Shown here: positions 29,600 to 38,788 of the stretch, piece after piece
How positions within the stretch are numbered: the stretch's first letter is position 1
Layout of the letters: each line of letters begins with the position of its first letter
Assembly (NCBI GenBank): GCA_044375455.1
Contig: JBILMQ010000001.1
Location: forward strand, 1 to 49,122
Direction of reading: 5' to 3'
DNA length: 49,122 bases
From: Caulobacterales bacterium
GTDB taxonomy: Bacteria > Pseudomonadota > Alphaproteobacteria > Caulobacterales > Aquidulcibacteraceae
Position numbers and translations under genes: made by a program
The notes under the pieces: generated by a model
Told to the model about the DNA's origin: nothing
The model's database searches: none
Seen by the model: only the letters and a program-made list of their open reading frames with translations

Positions 29600-30546
29600 A
29601 GCCGCGCCAATCGATCGGTTAAAAGAGAGAATACGTCCTCGGGCCGGGCAGTGACGGCCCAGGCGACGTTCCCGCGCGCGCCTTGCGCCAGCCGGAACTC
29701 CACATTTGTGTGTCCAAGGCTATGCCCATCCGACAATTCAACCGTGAGCGCGCAGTCGCGCAGATCGAATAGGCGAGGGTTGATCGCATAGGCGACGGGA
29801 CAGGGATCGTGAAGCGGCGCCCCGGTCGCCACGGAGCTATGATGCTCGACGCGACTTGCGAAGGCCATCATCGCCGCCACCGTTTCTGCAACCCGACCGC
29901 CGATCGCACGGATGGTGGCGATGCGATCAGGTGTGCAGCGCACCTGATGGGTAGCATCAAGGCCGAAGGCGATGATCGGGACGCCAAATGAAAAGACAAC
30001 GTGGGCGGCATGAGGATCTGCATAAATGTTGTATTCCGCCGATGCTGTAATGTTTCCGCCTTCGCGGCGCGCGCCGCCCATCACCAGAATGCGTCGCACC
30101 CGGCTCATGATGTGAGGCGCCAGCAGCATCGCCAGCGCAATGTTCGTGAACGGACCTGTGATGATTAGGTCGAGGGTATGAGGGGCGGCGGCGCCAACCA
30201 GCCGGACGATCGCCTCAACTGCATGGCCCTGACCCAAGCCATGGCAGGGATCCGGCAAGGTTACGTCGCCAAGACCTTCGGGGCCGTGGAACTCATCCGC
30301 CAGCACGGGTGTGCGCACCATCGGGCGCACGCAGCCCGCATACACCGGGACATCGCGCCGCCCCGCCATCTCGGCAAAGATCTGCGCGTTGCGGGTCGTA
30401 TGCGAAAGCCCGACATTGCCGGCCACCGTTGTGATCGCTTGCACGTCGAGGTCTTCGGGACTGGACAGCGCCAACAGCAGAGCGATCGCATCATCGATCC
30501 CGGGATCGCAATCGATCAGAACGGGCGTAGGATGGGCTTTAGACAT
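29596..30546 (-). CDS. Nucleoside hydrolase (IUNH/Rih family)
   Basis: PVLIDCDPGIDDAIALLLAL (DxDxxxDD motif), ITTVAGN and ...HDPCPVAY. The track start is TTG 30570. I prefer the first ATG, at 30546. Confidence 0.85.
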   Translation of the reverse strand: MSKAHPTPVLIDCDPGIDDAIALLLALSSPEDLDVQAITTVAGNVGLSHTTRNAQIFAEMAGRRDVPVYAGCVRPMVRTPVLADEFHGPEGLGDVTLPDPCHGLGQGHAVEAIVRLVGAAAPHTLDLIITGPFTNIALAMLLAPHIMSRVRRILVMGGARREGGNITASAEYNIYADPHAAHVVFSFGVPIIAFGLDATHQVRCTPDRIATIRAIGGRVAETVAAMMAFASRVEHHSSVATGAPLHDPCPVAYAINPRLFDLRDCALTVELSDGHSLGHTNVEFRLAQGARGNVAWAVTARPEDVFSLLTDRLARL

Positions 30547-30661
30547 TGCCGTGATCCGTTGCTGATCCAAACCGCATCACCGTAGGGCTTGGCGTGCGCA
30601 GCTGTCGAGCAGATCCTGAGGGCGGCTGGGCCGGCCGGGCCTGGCGCCGGGGGGCGATCTC

Positions 30662-30697
30662 GCATCCGATCTTGCATCCAATCTTGCATCCAATCTT
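30662..30697. repeat. Tandem triplication, 12-bp unit GCATCC(G/A)ATCTT x3
   Basis: Read directly: gcatccgatcttgcatccaatcttgcatccaatctt. It lies in the spacer between the lrp stop and the nucleoside hydrolase start. Confidence 0.95.
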
Positions 30698-30791
30698 GCG
30701 CCCGAGGCAGCTATCGTGAGGTTCCAGCGCGCCCGCCTTCCTCGTGGTCGCCAGACGCCGCCCAGGCCAAGCGCAGCGCGCGGTTCCAGCC

Positions 30792-31289
30792 TCAGTCACC
30801 CGATTTCACGTGGGTCGACACCAAGCCGAGCGGCGCCGCTGTTGTCCGCTTGGCGACTTTCATCACAATCCGGGACTGGACGTCCTGGACCAGCCCCACG
30901 GCTAGAAGTTTGTCCCGCAGAAAATCATCATAGGCGTGCATGTCTGTGGTCAGCACGCGCAGCATGTAGTCAACCGCGCCCGTCACCGTGACGCAATCAA
31001 CCACTTCGGGCCACTTGCTGACGGCTGTCTCAAAGGCGGCCAGATTGTCGCGCGTAGGCATTTGCAGCTTCACCGACAAAATTGCCTCAAAGCGCAGACC
31101 AAGTGCGTCGCGGTCCAAAAGCGTGACCCGACGCGTGATCACTCCGGTATCTTCCAGTCGCTTGATGCGGCGCCAGCATGGGGACGATGACAGTCCGACC
31201 TTGTCGGCGATTTCCGCCACCGACAGGCTTGCATCCGTCTGCAGGAGGTCAAGTATACGCGCATCGATCTGATCCAGGTCAGGGGACAA
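30792..31289 (-). CDS. Lrp/AsnC-family transcriptional regulator
   Basis: LDQIDARILDLLQTDASLSVAEIADKVGLSSSPCWRRIKRLEDTGVI (HTH) plus a C-terminal RAM domain. The track start is GTG 31370. AAGGGAGGA lies 4-5 nt before an in-frame TTG at 31289, giving a typical 165-aa Lrp. Confidence 0.85.
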   Translation of the reverse strand: MSPDLDQIDARILDLLQTDASLSVAEIADKVGLSSSPCWRRIKRLEDTGVITRRVTLLDRDALGLRFEAILSVKLQMPTRDNLAAFETAVSKWPEVVDCVTVTGAVDYMLRVLTTDMHAYDDFLRDKLLAVGLVQDVQSRIVMKVAKRTTAAPLGLVSTHVKSGD

Positions 31290-31454
31290 AGATTCCTCCC
31301 TTTTGGCCTTTTCGCTGGTCGCTTCCTCCCCAATACTCCTTTTTGCCCCAAGAAAGGCAAACACTTTCACTAAAGACTAGCAATAATTTGGTTCTTCAAG
31401 TGTCCTCAGGGGCAGTTGGCTGGGCGAACGCGCAAGATAAGGGCGGGTGGCCAT

Positions 31455-34400
31455 ATGAAGCACCAAGAAGTCACGCTGGATGACAAATATGTTCTTGAAA
31501 GCGGTCAAGTGTTCCTGACCGGTATTCAGGCCTTGGTGCGTTTGCCGCTGGACCAGAAGAGATCGGACCGCCGCGCCGGTCTGAACACTGCCGGCTTCAT
31601 TTCGGGGTACCGCGGCTCGCCACTGGGAGGGTACGATCAGCAGCTTGAGCGCGCCCGCAAGCTTCTTGACGCGCATGATGTGAAGTTTTGGCAGGGGCTC
31701 AACGAAGATCTCGGGGCGACCGCCGTCTGGGGCTCTCAACAGGTAGGCTTGTTTCCCGGCGCGCGCTACGACGGCGTCTTCGGCATCTGGTACGGCAAGG
31801 CGCCTGGCGTGGACCGCACCGGGGACGTCTTTAAGCATGCCAATTTCGCCGGTGTCTCACAGCGCGGCGGCGTTCTGGCTTTGGCAGGCGACGATCACGC
31901 CTGCAAGAGCTCCACTCTGCCGTCGCAGTCCGAATTCGCCTTCCAGGACGCTGAGATACCCGTGCTCAACCCGAGCAGTGTCCAGGAGGTCCTTGATTTC
32001 GGCCTCTACGGCCTTGCGATGTCGCGGTTCACCGGCGCCTGGACGGCGATGATCGCGCTCGCCGACACCATGGATTCGGGGGCTGTGGTGCGTGTCGATG
32101 CGCAGCGCTTGGCGATCGTGACGCCGGATCTGCCTGCGCCCGGCGCGGGCCTGCATCTGCGCCGCGGCGACACGCCGCTGGCGAAAGAGGCTCGGTTGAG
32201 AGCCCTCAAGCTACCGGCGGCGCAGAGCTTTGTGCGCGCCAATGGTCTTGACCGGGTGGTGCTTGCGTCGGCAAAGCCGCGCCTCGGCGTTGTCGCGACG
32301 GGACAGGCGGTGCGCGACGTATTCGAGGCGCTTGAGGCGATCGGCCTTACGCCGTCGCATGCGGCTGAGCTTGGCCTGACCGTTTACAAGGTCGCCATGC
32401 CATGGCCGCTTGAGCCCACCGGGATCCGTGCGTGGGCGCGCGGGCTGGAGAGGGTCCTGGTGGTTGAGCACAAACGCGCGCTCATTGAAACGCAGTTGCG
32501 CGACCTCCTCTATGATCTGCCGTCTCAGGATCGCCCGCGCATCGTTGGAAAGCGTGACGAGGAGGCGCGCCCGCTTCTGCCGGATGTCAGCGCGATCGCA
32601 ATTCCGGATATCGCCGGGGCGATTTATGACCGGCTTGCGCACAATTCCTTCGATGACAGCCGGGCTGCGGCCTATTTTCTGCGCGTCGGTCGGGCCAGAA
32701 CGAACGCCTCACAGCTCGCGACTGATGCGCACCGCCGTCCGCACTATTGCAGCGGATGTCCCCATAACACATCCACTGTTGTGCCTGACGGCTCGCGGGC
32801 ACTGGCCGGCATTGGTTGCCACTACATGGCGACCTTCATGCCGGAGCGTCACACGGACATGACCTCGCAGATGGGGGGCGAAGGAGCCGGATGGATCGGA
32901 CAGGCGCCGTTCACGGATGAAAAGCACGTTTTCGTGAATCTCGGCGATGGGACCTACTCGCACTCCGGGTCTCTGGCGATCCGGGCAGCGCTCACAGCCG
33001 GCGTCAACATCACCTATAAGATCCTATACAACGACGCTGTGGCGATGACGGGCGGTCAACCTGTTGAGAGCGGTCAGACCGTGCCCCAGCTGGTTCGCCA
33101 GCTGCAGGGAGAGGGTGTGCGCCGCGTCGTGGTGGTGGCCGATGACCTTGGCCGATATGTCGAGCACGGGGATCTCGGCGCTGTTGAGATCTACCACAGA
33201 TCCCGGCTTGCCGAGGTGCAAGAGAAGCTGCGCCAGACCTCAGGCGTGTCCGTCCTGATTTACGATCAGATGTGTGCAGCTGAGAAGCGCCGCCGCATCA
33301 AACGGAAACTGATGCCCGCCGGGCCGCAGCGCGCGTTCATCAATTCCGCCGTGTGCGAGGGGTGCGGCGACTGCTCGAAGGCTTCGAACTGTCTGTCCAT
33401 CGAGCCGCTGGAAACTGAGCTTGGCCGCAAGCGTCAGATCAATCAATCCTCCTGCAATCAGGACCTCTCATGCATCAACGGATTTTGCCCGTCATTTGTC
33501 ACGGTCGAAGGCGCGGTCAACGCCAGGCGTGCGCACAAGCGTCCGGACTTCGACGCGACGGGCCTGCCAGTGCCGGCGCCACTTTCTCTCGATCGGTGTT
33601 GGAACGTTCTCTTCGCAGGCGTCGGCGGCTCTGGGGTCACCACGACCGCTGCGATCATCGCCATGGCGGCGCATATTGACGCCAAGGCGTCCTCGACACT
33701 GGACATGACCGGGCTCGCCCAGAAAGGCGGAGCAGTCTTCAGCCATCTCCGGATTGCGCGCGACCCTCAGGACATCCGCGCCGGGCGTATTCCGCCTGCA
33801 GCCTGCGATGTGCTCGTGGGGTGCGATCTGATTGTGGCCGCATCCCCTGATGCCCTCGGCTTGCTCGATCAGGAGCGCACCTGCATCGTCGCCAACACCG
33901 ATGTTACGCCCACAGCGGAGTTCATTGTCGACAGGGATAAGCGATTTGACGTAGAGGCCATGAGCCGCTCGCTCGCCAAGGCGGGAAGGTCGCTTGAACT
34001 GGTCAATGCGGAAGCGCTCGCGGAGGAATATCTCTACGACCAGCTCTATGCCAACATGATCATGGCTGGCTATGCGTGGCAGAAGGGGCTGATCCCGGCG
34101 AGCGCGCGCGCAATCTATCGTGCGATCAAGCTCAACGGTGCGGCGGTGCAGGAAAACCTTCTCGCCTTCGACCTTGGAAGGCTTGCTGCGGCCGAACCTG
34201 AGAAAATTCGTGCACTGACGCCGCCACGCGTCGTGCGGCCAGAGCCGAGCCTTGATGATATCGTCGCTCACCGAATCAGCTTGCTGACACAGTACCAGAA
34301 CAGTGCGTATGCGGCCCGCTATCGCGAGGTTGTTTCCAGGGTGCGCGCGGCAGAACAGCAGGCGGGCCTTGGGGACGGGCTGGCGCGCGCAGTCGCCATC

Positions 34401-34931
34401 AACCTGTCAAAGCTTATGGCATATAAGGACGAGTACGAGGTCGCCAGACTTTACACTGACGCCGCTTTTGAGAAGGCTCTGGCGGCGACCTTTGCTCCAG
34501 ACCCATCGGGCCCTGGCAGGATGAGGGTTTCTTATCATCTGGCGCCGCCGCTGATTGCACCGAAGGACAAAGCCACCGGGTTGGCGCGCAAAATCAGGTT
34601 CGGGCCCTGGCTGAAAGTCGTGTTCCACCTGCTCGCCCGTCTGAAGGGACTGCGGGGAGGGCGCTTTGATGTGTTCGGGTATTCGCAGGAACGCCGCATG
34701 GAGCGAGCCCTTATTGAGCGCTATGTTGAGATGACGGAAAAGCTCGTGGCGGGCCTGTCGCCGGGTCGCCATGCGATGGCGATCGCCTTGGCGCAGACGC
34801 CCCAGGAGATCCGTGGCTTTGGGCATGTGAAGCAGGCGAGCGTGGAGGCTGCGGGCGTGCGCGACGCGCGCTTGTGGGAGGCATGGGAGAAGGCGTCTCT
34901 GTCGCCTGCGCCACAAGCTGGCGCGCCCTGA
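31455..34931 (+). CDS. Indolepyruvate:ferredoxin oxidoreductase family protein (fused alpha/beta, ~1158 aa)
   Basis: MKHQEVTLDDKYVLESGQVFLTGIQALVRLPLDQ..., the TPP motif GDGTYSHSG and the Cys cluster CEGCGDCSKASNC. It is divergent from the Lrp-family gene, as is common for this family. Confidence 0.88.
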   Translation: MKHQEVTLDDKYVLESGQVFLTGIQALVRLPLDQKRSDRRAGLNTAGFISGYRGSPLGGYDQQLERARKLLDAHDVKFWQGLNEDLGATAVWGSQQVGLFPGARYDGVFGIWYGKAPGVDRTGDVFKHANFAGVSQRGGVLALAGDDHACKSSTLPSQSEFAFQDAEIPVLNPSSVQEVLDFGLYGLAMSRFTGAWTAMIALADTMDSGAVVRVDAQRLAIVTPDLPAPGAGLHLRRGDTPLAKEARLRALKLPAAQSFVRANGLDRVVLASAKPRLGVVATGQAVRDVFEALEAIGLTPSHAAELGLTVYKVAMPWPLEPTGIRAWARGLERVLVVEHKRALIETQLRDLLYDLPSQDRPRIVGKRDEEARPLLPDVSAIAIPDIAGAIYDRLAHNSFDDSRAAAYFLRVGRARTNASQLATDAHRRPHYCSGCPHNTSTVVPDGSRALAGIGCHYMATFMPERHTDMTSQMGGEGAGWIGQAPFTDEKHVFVNLGDGTYSHSGSLAIRAALTAGVNITYKILYNDAVAMTGGQPVESGQTVPQLVRQLQGEGVRRVVVVADDLGRYVEHGDLGAVEIYHRSRLAEVQEKLRQTSGVSVLIYDQMCAAEKRRRIKRKLMPAGPQRAFINSAVCEGCGDCSKASNCLSIEPLETELGRKRQINQSSCNQDLSCINGFCPSFVTVEGAVNARRAHKRPDFDATGLPVPAPLSLDRCWNVLFAGVGGSGVTTTAAIIAMAAHIDAKASSTLDMTGLAQKGGAVFSHLRIARDPQDIRAGRIPPAACDVLVGCDLIVAASPDALGLLDQERTCIVANTDVTPTAEFIVDRDKRFDVEAMSRSLAKAGRSLELVNAEALAEEYLYDQLYANMIMAGYAWQKGLIPASARAIYRAIKLNGAAVQENLLAFDLGRLAAAEPEKIRALTPPRVVRPEPSLDDIVAHRISLLTQYQNSAYAARYREVVSRVRAAEQQAGLGDGLARAVAINLSKLMAYKDEYEVARLYTDAAFEKALAATFAPDPSGPGRMRVSYHLAPPLIAPKDKATGLARKIRFGPWLKVVFHLLARLKGLRGGRFDVFGYSQERRMERALIERYVEMTEKLVAGLSPGRHAMAIALAQTPQEIRGFGHVKQASVEAAGVRDARLWEAWEKASLSPAPQAGAP

Positions 34932-35054
34932 GCGCTGTCAGTCAACCGAGTGCAGCTCTTGACCGTGGCGCCATCACGCCGCCAAACCTTGGCTGGCGCA
35001 ACCGGCGCGTCAGTGCGTCTCAAACGTCCAGGCGCAACAGAGGAGGCGTAAACA

Positions 35055-36602
35055 ATGAACGGTGCTGAAGCGCTTGTGCAGACGCTTGCTGGATGCGGGG
35101 TGACCCATTGTTTCGCCAATCCTGGCACGTCGGAGATGCATTTGGTCACGGCGCTCGACCGCGAGCCACGAATCCGGTCGACTTTGTGCCTGTTCGAAGG
35201 GGTTGCGACCGGCGCGGCGGACGGGTTTGCCCGGATGAGCGGCAAGCCCGCAATGACGCTGTTGCACCTTGGGCCAGGATATCTCAACGGGGGCGCCAAC
35301 ATCCACAATGCCCGGCGCGCATTTTCGCCCATGATCAATGTCATTGGCGATCATGCGACCTATCATCGGGCGCATGATGCACCCCTCTCATCGGATATCG
35401 CCGCGTTGGTGCGTCCGAATTCGCTCTGGGTAGGCAGCGCGGATCAAGCCTCGGACGCTGGCGCATTCGCCGCCGAGGCATATGGCGCGTCGCTTTCTCC
35501 GCCTGGCGGGCCAGTGTCGCTGATCCTGCCGGCCGACACGGCGTGGCTGGACGGGGGGCGCATTGCTCAGCCGATCGCACCCGCGCCGCTGCGCTGCGTG
35601 TCGCCTGAGCGCGTCAGGGCGGCGGCTGCGAAGATCCGTAGCGTGAAAAAGCCGCTACTGCTAGCGGGCCATAGTCTGCTCAATGCAGCCGGACTTGCGG
35701 TTCTTGCACGCCTTCAGGCGGCTGGTGTCCGGGTGATGCACGACACTTTCGTGGCGCGCCAAGCGCGCGGAGCAGGTCGGTTTGCGCCTGCACGCATGCA
35801 GTATTTCGCAGAAGCCGCGGTCAGCGACATGGCGGGCGTCGACCTGATGGTGCTGGCCGGCGGCGTTGAGCCTGTCGCGTTTTTCGCCTATCCGAATCGC
35901 GCGAGCGTGCTGACGCCTGAGACGGCATTGGTGATCACTCTGGCGCATCGCGGTGAAGATGCGCTTGCGGGTGTCGAAATGCTGGCCGATGAGCTGGGCG
36001 CGCCGGCCTCTGGTCCTGCGGCGGCATTTGAGATGCCGGATGCAGCCCCGGCCGGGGCGCTGACGCCAGCCTCGATCGGCGTGTCCATTGCGCGCCATCT
36101 TCCCGAGGAGGCGATTGTGTCCGACGACGGGGTGACCGCCAGCATTGGCGCCTGGCTGCCGACGCAGACGGCGCGCCCGCATGACTGGCTCTATTTGACA
36201 GGCGGTGCAATCGGGCAGGGGTTGCCGCTCGCCGTTGGCGCGGCTTCAGCCTGCACAGACAGAAAGGTGATCTGCCTGTCGGGAGACGGGGCCGGCATGT
36301 ACACGGTGCAGGCGCTGTGGACCATGGCGCGCGCACATCTGCCCGTGGTCACCATCGTGTTCCGCAATGACAGCTACCGAATCCTCAACATCGAGATGCA
36401 CCGCACCGGCGCCGGCAACCCAGGACCGGCAGCGAGCGCGATGCTGAGCCTTGGCGACCCATCTATTGATTGGGTGAAATTGGCTCAAGCGCAGGGCGTC
36501 GAGGGCGTGCGCGCAACGACGGCAGAGGCCTTCGACAGCGTTTTCGCCCGCGCTGTCGCCGCCAACCATCCCATCCTGATCGAAGCTGTGGTGGCGCAGT
36601 AG
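35055..36602 (+). CDS. Thiamine-pyrophosphate-dependent enzyme (acetolactate synthase large-subunit-like)
   Basis: MNGAEALVQTLAGCGVTHCFANPGTSEM..., GAIGQGLPLAVGA and LSGDGAGMYT (TPP-binding GDG motif). Confidence 0.8.
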   Translation: MNGAEALVQTLAGCGVTHCFANPGTSEMHLVTALDREPRIRSTLCLFEGVATGAADGFARMSGKPAMTLLHLGPGYLNGGANIHNARRAFSPMINVIGDHATYHRAHDAPLSSDIAALVRPNSLWVGSADQASDAGAFAAEAYGASLSPPGGPVSLILPADTAWLDGGRIAQPIAPAPLRCVSPERVRAAAAKIRSVKKPLLLAGHSLLNAAGLAVLARLQAAGVRVMHDTFVARQARGAGRFAPARMQYFAEAAVSDMAGVDLMVLAGGVEPVAFFAYPNRASVLTPETALVITLAHRGEDALAGVEMLADELGAPASGPAAAFEMPDAAPAGALTPASIGVSIARHLPEEAIVSDDGVTASIGAWLPTQTARPHDWLYLTGGAIGQGLPLAVGAASACTDRKVICLSGDGAGMYTVQALWTMARAHLPVVTIVFRNDSYRILNIEMHRTGAGNPGPAASAMLSLGDPSIDWVKLAQAQGVEGVRATTAEAFDSVFARAVAANHPILIEAVVAQ

Positions 36603-36634
36603 TGGCGCAAGGCTTATGCGCATCGCCGGCAGTG

Positions 36635-37108
36635 ATGCGGGCATGGTCATGGCGCTGGCCTACAGTCGGCGAAACAGCGCTCGCCAAGGAGGTGTTCGGC
36701 ACGCGGCTCTGCATCAAGCGGCTGAGGCTGATCCAGCTCGGCGGCATGGTGCGCGCCGCCTTCGTGTTAGACGCACGCACAATGGTCTTTCACGGCGGAT
36801 GGCCCGCGCCGTGCGATTTCGCCCACGCCGGCATGCAATCCCAGGGGCTCCTCATTCATGAGCTCACACACGTCATGCAGGCTCAGGCGGGGGTTTTTCT
36901 GCCGCTTGCAAAACTCGGCGCACTTGGGCGCGCCGCCTATCGCTATGAGATCAAGCCGGGGCGACCGTTCAGCACTTACGGGCTGGAACAGCAGGCAGAA
37001 ATCGTCCGTCATGCCTTCTTGCTGGGCCGCGGTTGGCGGGACGCTTCGATGCCTGCCGCCGCTGTCCTTCAGGACTATCGCGCCATGGGCGCGCCTGGCG
37101 TCGCGTGA
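36635..37108 (+). CDS. Small HExxH-motif protein (putative zinc metallopeptidase fold; resembles proteins annotated 'vgr related' / DUF4157-like)
   Basis: The ATG at 36635 is the first in-frame ATG of the track ORF that lies downstream of the previous gene's stop. Motifs GLLIHELTHVMQAQAG and YGLEQQAEIVRHAF. The family assignment is from memory of similar alphaproteobacterial proteins. Confidence 0.55.
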   Translation: MRAWSWRWPTVGETALAKEVFGTRLCIKRLRLIQLGGMVRAAFVLDARTMVFHGGWPAPCDFAHAGMQSQGLLIHELTHVMQAQAGVFLPLAKLGALGRAAYRYEIKPGRPFSTYGLEQQAEIVRHAFLLGRGWRDASMPAAAVLQDYRAMGAPGVA

Positions 37109-37282
37109 GGGCGTTGCGTGAGGGTGAACCGGAGGCCAGACGCATCTCGCCAGTGGCGTGGGCGGCCTCAGCAACGTCCGAACCGGCGCGCCGACGCGCG
37201 CGCCTGTGCGCGGTCCCGGCGGCGTTTCTTCGCTTGCCGCGGGGGCGGGCGGCTCCCATCTTGGCTGCAGTGAGGAAACCTA

Positions 37283-38788
37283 ATGTCCGAACGGATCGTC
37301 ATCGCGGGGGCGGGGATTGCAGGTCTGGCTGCAGCTATGGCCCTTGCCCGGTCAGACCGGGAGATCCTGATCCTGGACCGCGACGGCGCCCTGCCTTCAG
37401 GAGACGCCGATGAGGTCTTTCTGAACTGGACACGGCGAGGGGCAACCCAGGTGCGCCACAGCCACGTTTTCCTGGGTCGGCTTGTGCGTCTCCTGCGTCA
37501 GCGTCACCCGACGCTGTGGAGCGCGCTCATGAGCGCTGGTGCGCGGGAGTTCTGCTTTGGCGATGCGCTGCCCTTGGCGCTGCGCGATCGTTACCGCCGT
37601 GCGGAGGGTGATGAGGATTTCTCCATCTTGTTCAGCCGGCGCACGACCCTTGAGTCGGTCATGCGCGGCTATGTCGCCGGACTTGCTGGCGTTCGCTTCG
37701 TGCCAGACGCTTTCATTCGGGGGCTTTCAATCACCCAGAACGCTGGGCGTCGCACGGCGGAGATGCTCGCCGTCGACGTCGATGGCGCCCCCCAGACCAT
37801 CGGTTTTGACAGCCTGGTGGATGCAACGGGTCGCGGCGGGCCGTTCTGCGGCTTTCTGAGCGCCGCGGGCATCGATGTTCCGGAGGACGCCAGTCCTGCC
37901 GGAATTATCTATTTCACACGCCACTATCGATTTCATCCGGAAGCGGATGAGCCGACCCGCGATCTTGCGCCGCGCGCCGGCGACCTAGGGTACATCAAGT
38001 ATGGCGTCTTCCCGGCTGACAATCGCTGCTTTTCCATCACTCTGGCCTGTCCTGAGATTGAATATGATCTTCGCGTGGCCCTGCCGCGCGGGGATGCATT
38101 CGATCGCATCTGCGCTTTGCTGCCCGGCTGTGCGCCCTGGACTGATCCGGCCCGGGCGGCGCCGGTCAGCAAGGTCTATGCAATGGGCAATCTCAAGAAT
38201 GCGTGGCGGCGCTTCGTGAAGGACGGCGAGCCCGTTGTCGCCAACTATTATCCTGTCGGCGACGTCGCAGTCCGAACCAATCCTCTGTACGGGCGCGGAT
38301 GCTCGACAGCGTTCATCCAGGCTTTCGCTCTCGCGGACGCGTTTGCAACCTCACGCGACCCGGCTGTGCGCATGCGCGCGCTCGACGTCGCTGTTGCACG
38401 CGAGTTGCGCCCCTTCTTTGACGCGATGGTGCGCCAGGACGTGGCGGCAGTCCGCCGGGCCCGCCACGAACAGAACCCCGCCTACCGTCCGCGGCTGAAG
38501 GCGCGCATCATGCGCAGCTTCGTAACTGATGGAATCGAACCTGCAACGCGTGGAGACCTCGTCGTGCTGCGTGCGCTGATGCGACCCTTTCACATGCATG
38601 AGCACCCGGCTGCCTGGACGAAGCGTTTGTCAATTATGGCGCGGGTTGTCTGGATGTGGATGCTGCCAAGAACGATGAAGCGCGCTTTCTATCCCCCGTC
38701 GCTCGGGCCGAGCCGTGCGAGTCTGCTTGCGGCGGTCGTCTCTCAAGCTGACGCTGCCGGCGCTGCTGACGCCCCGCGTGCGGCATAA
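37283..38788 (+). CDS. FAD-dependent oxidoreductase (GG-reductase/halogenase-like Rossmann N-terminus)
   Basis: MSERIVIAGAGIAGLAAAMALARSDREILILDRD (GxGxxG plus acidic end of beta2) and later GDVAVRTNPLYGRG. GAGGAAACC lies upstream of the ATG. Confidence 0.75.
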   Translation: MSERIVIAGAGIAGLAAAMALARSDREILILDRDGALPSGDADEVFLNWTRRGATQVRHSHVFLGRLVRLLRQRHPTLWSALMSAGAREFCFGDALPLALRDRYRRAEGDEDFSILFSRRTTLESVMRGYVAGLAGVRFVPDAFIRGLSITQNAGRRTAEMLAVDVDGAPQTIGFDSLVDATGRGGPFCGFLSAAGIDVPEDASPAGIIYFTRHYRFHPEADEPTRDLAPRAGDLGYIKYGVFPADNRCFSITLACPEIEYDLRVALPRGDAFDRICALLPGCAPWTDPARAAPVSKVYAMGNLKNAWRRFVKDGEPVVANYYPVGDVAVRTNPLYGRGCSTAFIQAFALADAFATSRDPAVRMRALDVAVARELRPFFDAMVRQDVAAVRRARHEQNPAYRPRLKARIMRSFVTDGIEPATRGDLVVLRALMRPFHMHEHPAAWTKRLSIMARVVWMWMLPRTMKRAFYPPSLGPSRASLLAAVVSQADAAGAADAPRAA

